Position numbers and translations under genes: made by a program. The notes below the pieces were generated by a model. The model did no database searches. It was given only the letters and a program-made list of their open reading frames with translations, and was not told the origin of the DNA. Shown here piece after piece: positions 14,803-18,908 of a DNA stretch of 18,908 nt. Origin of the DNA: Caedimonas varicaedens. Lineage in GTDB: Bacteria > Pseudomonadota > Alphaproteobacteria > Caedimonadales > Caedimonadaceae. Every line of letters starts with the position of its first letter. Positions within the stretch are counted from its first letter, which is position 1. The stretch is from contig BBVC01000024.1 in the NCBI GenBank assembly GCA_001192655.1, positions 1-18,908 on the forward strand. Reading direction: 5' to 3'.

Positions 14803-15782
14803 AACTCTTTGCCGGCATGGCGAAACCGGGATATGGAGACGGACTGAATGGGGCGTTGAGTGCGCTCACGCAGAATATGCCCTCGGCGGTGGATGCCTAT
14901 ACAGGAGAAGAAGGGCGCGTTCAGAATATCAATGCCGCGCTCTTGAATCATGTGTCCCAGATGCGCGCTAAACAGCAGGAAGCCTGGATGAATGCGGTGG
15001 ATAAGGCTCGAGAACGAGAATACAAAGACAAGACACTCACTGAAACCGAACGTCACAATAAAAAGATGGAAGAGAATACAAAATCTTCTCATGATGAAAC
15101 AAGTCGTTATCATAATTTATGGCTGTCCGATAGACAAGAGCAAGCTGAAAACAAGATGATGGAGAAAAAAATCCAACGTCTGGAGAATCGACTCAAGGAC
15201 AAAAAATATGACGCGGCTGAATCCGAGCTGAATGCCTTGATGGACGCCGAGGAATTGCTTAAAAAAGGCGATCCCTTGAGAGGAAAGATGTGGTCTTTTA
15301 TCGAAGATAAACTCTGGAAGAAGCCTGAACTTTTAAAAGGGGCGGATGAATCAAAATTTGAAGTCTCCCAATCGGATATGAAAGGCCACGCCTTTAAGCG
15401 GTTTGGATATAGACATGTAGCCGAATTTAAGGGTCTTAAAGAAGTCGACCCTCTCAAGGGTCGCAAGGCCAATTTAGGGATTGTGGAAACCCGTAAAAAG
15501 CAGCTTTTGCCCATTATCAAACAAAAGATGGCTCTTGAAGCTCAAAAAGAAGCCCTGGAGACGGGTGAGGACTGGAGACCTATTTTAACTCAAAACTGGG
15601 ACACGTTTTTACGGAGTCTGGAATCCCCTCCAGAAAAGTCTGACGCTCCAAAGGGTAAGGGTCATCCGACTCCGCCCACTCAAAAGTCTGTTTCCATGAA
15701 AGATAAGGATGGCCATCCTCTGGTTGTTCCTTCGGAAGATGTGGATGAGGTGTTGGCGTTAGGAGGTTCTTATGCCCGCTGA
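14790..15782 (+). CDS. Coiled-coil K/E-rich internal virion-type protein, putative (330 aa)
   Basis: Overlaps the upstream gene by 13 nt. Long charged helices (EREYKDKTLTETERHNKKMEEN..., KIQRLENRLKDKKYDAAESELNALMDAEELLKK). The C-terminal HPLVVPSEDVDEVLALGG echoes FVIPADVVSDLGDG of the 497-aa protein. An alternative in-frame ATG at 14817 cannot be excluded. Confidence 0.78.
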   Translation: MGLVKLFAGMAKPGYGDGLNGALSALTQNMPSAVDAYTGEEGRVQNINAALLNHVSQMRAKQQEAWMNAVDKAREREYKDKTLTETERHNKKMEENTKSSHDETSRYHNLWLSDRQEQAENKMMEKKIQRLENRLKDKKYDAAESELNALMDAEELLKKGDPLRGKMWSFIEDKLWKKPELLKGADESKFEVSQSDMKGHAFKRFGYRHVAEFKGLKEVDPLKGRKANLGIVETRKKQLLPIIKQKMALEAQKEALETGEDWRPILTQNWDTFLRSLESPPEKSDAPKGKGHPTPPTQKSVSMKDKDGHPLVVPSEDVDEVLALGGSYAR

Positions 15783-18561
15783 TCCTTTTGCGCGGTGGCG
15801 GACTTCTTCAACAGCCGATCCTTTTGTGCGGTGGCGCCCTCGCGCGTCTTCTCAAGAACAGCCTGAACATAGTCCTTCCTCTTCAGAAGAGACAGACCCT
15901 GAAGAGCGTTCGTATAGCTTGCTGGATCGACTTGACCAGTTTTTAGGGGGGATCAAATCCAATGCCGAGCATATGGGTTCTTCTTTTGCCATGGCCGATC
16001 CTCTGGCGCATCTGGGAATGCTGGGAACCCAAAGAGGGCAAAAAGCGTATTTGCAAGATAAACAGAATTTAAAAGACTATCAACAAGACGTTCACGCACG
16101 GGAAGCGAAAACTTTAGAAAATATGGATAGCACGGGACGTATTCTTCATCATACAGGAGAGTTTATTGACCCCTCGATTGTCCTTCCTTCTTTTGGAACG
16201 CCTTTAAAAATAGGGACAACTCTCTCCAAAGCCCCCAGAATTGCAAAGGCTTTGGATGTGGGTAAAAAAGCTCTTTCCCCAGTGGTGACAGATTTAGGGA
16301 TGGGAGCGACTTCCGGTGTTTTACAAGAAGGAGGGATGCACCCTATTTTGTCCGATCTGATCGCGACTTTTGCGCCTCATTACGCGTATAAAGGCGGAAA
16401 GTGGATGTTTTCCCCCTCCTATCGACAAGAAGTCTCCCGTTCCAAGGCCGAGAAAGAAGTGGGCGGACTGATGAGGGAAACTCTTGATGTTCCTGACGCC
16501 TCGGCTCCCGGGAAGTATCCCACAGATCATCCCCTCTACAAGGATTATCAACGCGCAGGGCAGGAGATCAATGTGGATCGTCAGACCCAAGACCTGAAAC
16601 GTCATCAAAAACTCCCCGAACAGTTTGAAGAAAAAATGGCGGAGGAGGTGGCAGAACACGCGCAGCCGTTTCAGGATCATCAGCATCCCGATGATGCGTT
16701 CACGACGATCATGCGTCAGGATGTGGAAGAATCACAAGTGCCTTTGAATGATCAAACCGCCCCTTCTGACGCAGGACAAGCGATGCGTCAGTATCTTTTG
16801 GGTAAACTGAAAAATCTTTACCGCAAACGTTCTCAAGAAACCGGCCCCTTGTATCAAGAACTCATGGGCATCGAGGAAGGATTAGAGCCTGCTCATGCCC
16901 GAGAAGTGATCGCCCATAAGCTGGATACCGCCAAAGGAGACGTGAGAAGTCATCTTGACAGAGTGGAAAAAGAACTTCAGCCTAATGACCCCACACCTCT
17001 TGGACAAAAAACTTTAACCCCTGAACAACAAGAAGAACTTTCTGCGCTCAAAGCATATTTAGCTCAATTCGAAAATCATCGTGATTATACTCCTCAGAAT
17101 CCCAGCCCTGCGATTGTCAATATTCGCAAGAGGATTCATGATTTGGAAGGAGTGCCTTCTTCGCCTCGACAGCCTGTTCCCGCAGAGATTGACAATACCC
17201 TGAAATGGTTAGGCGATGAGATCGCCTCTGCTCGCAAGCAAGGCAAAGACGGATTGGCACGGGAACTCACAGACGTGAAACGCGCCATTGAAGAGGATTT
17301 ATCCTCCCTTCCTCAAGGGACAGAGTATCGCCAGCAATACAATGAACTCTCAAAACCTATTAATGCTCTTGAAGAGCATGGAACGTTGGGAAAAATTGTG
17401 GGGGAGAAGAAAAACACCTATAGTCAGCAATACACGCTGTCCGATGGGGAGATTCCCTCTAAAGTCATCGGCACGTCTTTAAAATCTGCGGATGATGCGA
17501 AAGCCCTCCTCACTCATCTCAAAGGGAAAAAAGGTCAAGAAGTTCTCTCTCATCTCAGGGGAGCCATTCATCACGCTGTTCTGAACGGAATTACGGGGGC
17601 TGATGGAAAAATATCCCGTGCGAAAATTGCATCGTGGCAGAAGAATCATCCTGGAGCGTTTGTCCTTTATCCCGAACTAAAGCACCATCTTGAGGATATC
17701 TCCCATGCCCAACACATGCTGGACTTGGGGATTCCCCTAACCTCCAAACAAGATGCCCACACGCTTTTACATCATCTTCGTCAACATAAAGGTCAACACA
17801 CTCAAGAGGTTTTGCAGGGAATCATCAACAAAAAGATTGTGGAGGCGATTACTGCCAACGATAAAATCTCCCACACGGCCATTGAGAGATGGAAAAAGAG
17901 TCATCCCGGGGCATTTGTTCTTTATCCCGATCTTGAAAAACGACTGAATCATCTGTATACAGCCCAAAAGTTTTTTGACATGGGATTGCCCCTCACATCA
18001 AGAAAGCAGGCTCAAGAGCTCATGGGACATTTAAAAAGCCCAGAGCGACACGCCCATCGCAAGATAATTGAGGGCGTGATTCATAAAAATGTTCTGGACT
18101 TTATCACGGACGATGGCGGTAAAGTTTCTCTGGATAAACTCAACAAATGGACAAAAAATAACCCCGGTGCCTTCGTGCTGTATCCTCAGCTGGAAACCAA
18201 ACTTAAAAATCTGGCCAATGCCCAACATTTTACAGATACGCTCTTGACCAAAATGCGGGATCGCTCCCTGTTGGAAGTCCATCAGTCTCTGGGACTCAAA
18301 TTAGGCAAAAAAGCCCTTCGCAAAATTCTGCCTCTGGGAATAGGAGACTGGTTGGTTGACATTGGCACTCAAACCCTCGGTGCCACCAAAAATGCTCTTC
18401 GAGAAGAGGTCATGGAAAAAGCTCTCTCTGATCCCGAAATGGCGACCCTTCTCATGACGCCCCTCAAAGATCTCTCAAAGAATCTCGCTTCTTTAACTCG
18501 GAAAATGAAAGCAGGATGGAGGATCATCAATCGGACAGGGAGAGAGTCAAAGCATCCCTAG
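15772..18561 (+). CDS. Large (929 aa) internal virion/ejection-type protein with three His-rich ~85-aa tandem repeats
   Basis: ATG 5 nt after AGGAGG (15761-15766), overlapping the upstream gene by 11 nt. It is the largest protein and lies last in the module, a position analogous to T7 gp16-like proteins. No catalytic motif recognised. Confidence 0.88.
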   Translation: MPADPFARWRTSSTADPFVRWRPRASSQEQPEHSPSSSEETDPEERSYSLLDRLDQFLGGIKSNAEHMGSSFAMADPLAHLGMLGTQRGQKAYLQDKQNLKDYQQDVHAREAKTLENMDSTGRILHHTGEFIDPSIVLPSFGTPLKIGTTLSKAPRIAKALDVGKKALSPVVTDLGMGATSGVLQEGGMHPILSDLIATFAPHYAYKGGKWMFSPSYRQEVSRSKAEKEVGGLMRETLDVPDASAPGKYPTDHPLYKDYQRAGQEINVDRQTQDLKRHQKLPEQFEEKMAEEVAEHAQPFQDHQHPDDAFTTIMRQDVEESQVPLNDQTAPSDAGQAMRQYLLGKLKNLYRKRSQETGPLYQELMGIEEGLEPAHAREVIAHKLDTAKGDVRSHLDRVEKELQPNDPTPLGQKTLTPEQQEELSALKAYLAQFENHRDYTPQNPSPAIVNIRKRIHDLEGVPSSPRQPVPAEIDNTLKWLGDEIASARKQGKDGLARELTDVKRAIEEDLSSLPQGTEYRQQYNELSKPINALEEHGTLGKIVGEKKNTYSQQYTLSDGEIPSKVIGTSLKSADDAKALLTHLKGKKGQEVLSHLRGAIHHAVLNGITGADGKISRAKIASWQKNHPGAFVLYPELKHHLEDISHAQHMLDLGIPLTSKQDAHTLLHHLRQHKGQHTQEVLQGIINKKIVEAITANDKISHTAIERWKKSHPGAFVLYPDLEKRLNHLYTAQKFFDMGLPLTSRKQAQELMGHLKSPERHAHRKIIEGVIHKNVLDFITDDGGKVSLDKLNKWTKNNPGAFVLYPQLETKLKNLANAQHFTDTLLTKMRDRSLLEVHQSLGLKLGKKALRKILPLGIGDWLVDIGTQTLGATKNALREEVMEKALSDPEMATLLMTPLKDLSKNLASLTRKMKAGWRIINRTGRESKHP
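15781..15836 (+). repeat. 20-nt direct repeat (1 mismatch) encoding a duplicated DPF(A/V)RWR motif
   Basis: GATCCTTTTGCGCGGTGGCG (15781-15800) and GATCCTTTTGTGCGGTGGCG (15817-15836) lie 36 nt apart in phase, at the N-terminus of the 929-aa protein (ADPFARWR / ADPFVRWR). Confidence 0.85.
17476..18246 (+). repeat. Three in-frame tandem repeats (~255-258 nt / ~85-86 aa each), diverged at the DNA level
   Basis: Units are about 17476-17733, 17734-17988 and 17989-18246. Conserved core: W.K.(H/N)PGAFVLYP.L...L..L..AQ.F, preceded by PLTS...A..L..HL+. The period of 255 nt was measured between CCCCTAACC (17734) and CCCCTCACA (17989). Confidence 0.85.
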
Positions 18562-18603
18562 TTTTACAAGGAAGAAGAAGGTTTATTTTTCTATGAAAGC
18601 GGC

Positions 18604-18908
18604 TCACTCTTTTGTTAAGCTGTAAAGCCCATCTCCGTGGCGTTGGATCAGGCGTTTGGTCAGCAGTTGTTTGACGACATCCTTTGATTGCTTATGAGTC
18701 ATCTCGCACGCTTTTTTAATATCGCCTACACTGACTTTGTCGACTGTGGTGAGGTAGACATAGGCTTTAATCTCCTCTGGGCAAGTTAAGCATGAAGGAA
18801 TCGCCAGCGGTTCTGGCTTCTGCCAGACGGGCAGATCGGCAACACACCGAGGTTCCCGAAAACTGTTGATCGACGAGACGTGCCGTCCGTAAATTGTTAG
18901 CGCCGGAG
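18604..18908 (-). CDS. Partial (N-terminus outside the window) minus-strand ORF with a winged-helix-like C-terminus, possible DNA-binding regulator
   Basis: My own reverse-strand translation is open from the window edge to stop TGA (complement of 18604-18606): ...PALTIYGRHVSSINSFREPRCVADLPVWQKPEPLAIPSCLTCPEEIKAYVYLTTVDKVSVGDIKKACEMTHKQSKDVVKQLLTKRLIQRHGDGLYSLTKE. The last ~50 aa have a helix-turn-helix-plus-wing pattern. Not in the ORF track because no start lies within the window. Confidence 0.5.
   Translation of the reverse strand, partial: PALTIYGRHVSSINSFREPRCVADLPVWQKPEPLAIPSCLTCPEEIKAYVYLTTVDKVSVGDIKKACEMTHKQSKDVVKQLLTKRLIQRHGDGLYSLTKE

Noticed and set aside
1-18908. CRISPR arrays, rRNA, IS elements or terminal inverted repeats, integrase, toxin-antitoxin pairs, or known defence-gene signatures
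   Set aside because: No regularly spaced direct repeats were seen. No transposase, recombinase or nuclease-like motifs were recognised in any frame. All sizeable ORFs are accounted for by the structural operon.

Overview
From 63 to 18561, all well-supported coding capacity lies on the + strand. It forms one tightly packed, translationally coupled gene train with AGGAG-type Shine-Dalgarno sites and many ATGA/TAATG/ATGGTAA stop-start overlaps. By motif recognition and gene order it reads as the late/structural module of a tailed phage or prophage with podovirus-like (T7-type) logic. In order it contains: an acidic coiled-coil scaffold-like protein; a fibre-like protein; a beta-rich capsid-region protein; an HK97-like major capsid candidate; a second fibre with a C-terminal S74-type intramolecular-chaperone/autoprotease domain; adaptor-like and nozzle-like tail proteins with small accessory ORFs; then five consecutive glycine-rich, low-complexity or coiled-coil proteins ending in a 929-aa repeat protein, which look like internal virion/ejection proteins. 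I see no sheath, tube, tape measure, terminase, portal, integrase, lysis gene, rRNA, CRISPR array or transposase in the window. A convergent, partial minus-strand ORF with a winged-helix-like C-terminus (18604..18908, absent from the ORF track) marks the right-hand boundary. Several things are not explained by ordinary genes: (1) a roughly 400-nt ORF-free, hairpin-dense, CTCAA-rich region upstream of the capsid genes; (2) a branched, partly tRNA-like stem-loop with a T6 tract between the two capsid-region genes; (3) a one-nucleotide frame break that cuts off the natural start of the adaptor-like gene; (4) an AT-rich insert with an untracked 59-codon ORF; (5) unusual repeat architectures in the fibre and in the 929-aa protein. 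I do not see a discrete novel defence-type system. All functional names come from reading motifs and gene order by eye, not from searches, and should be treated as hypotheses.
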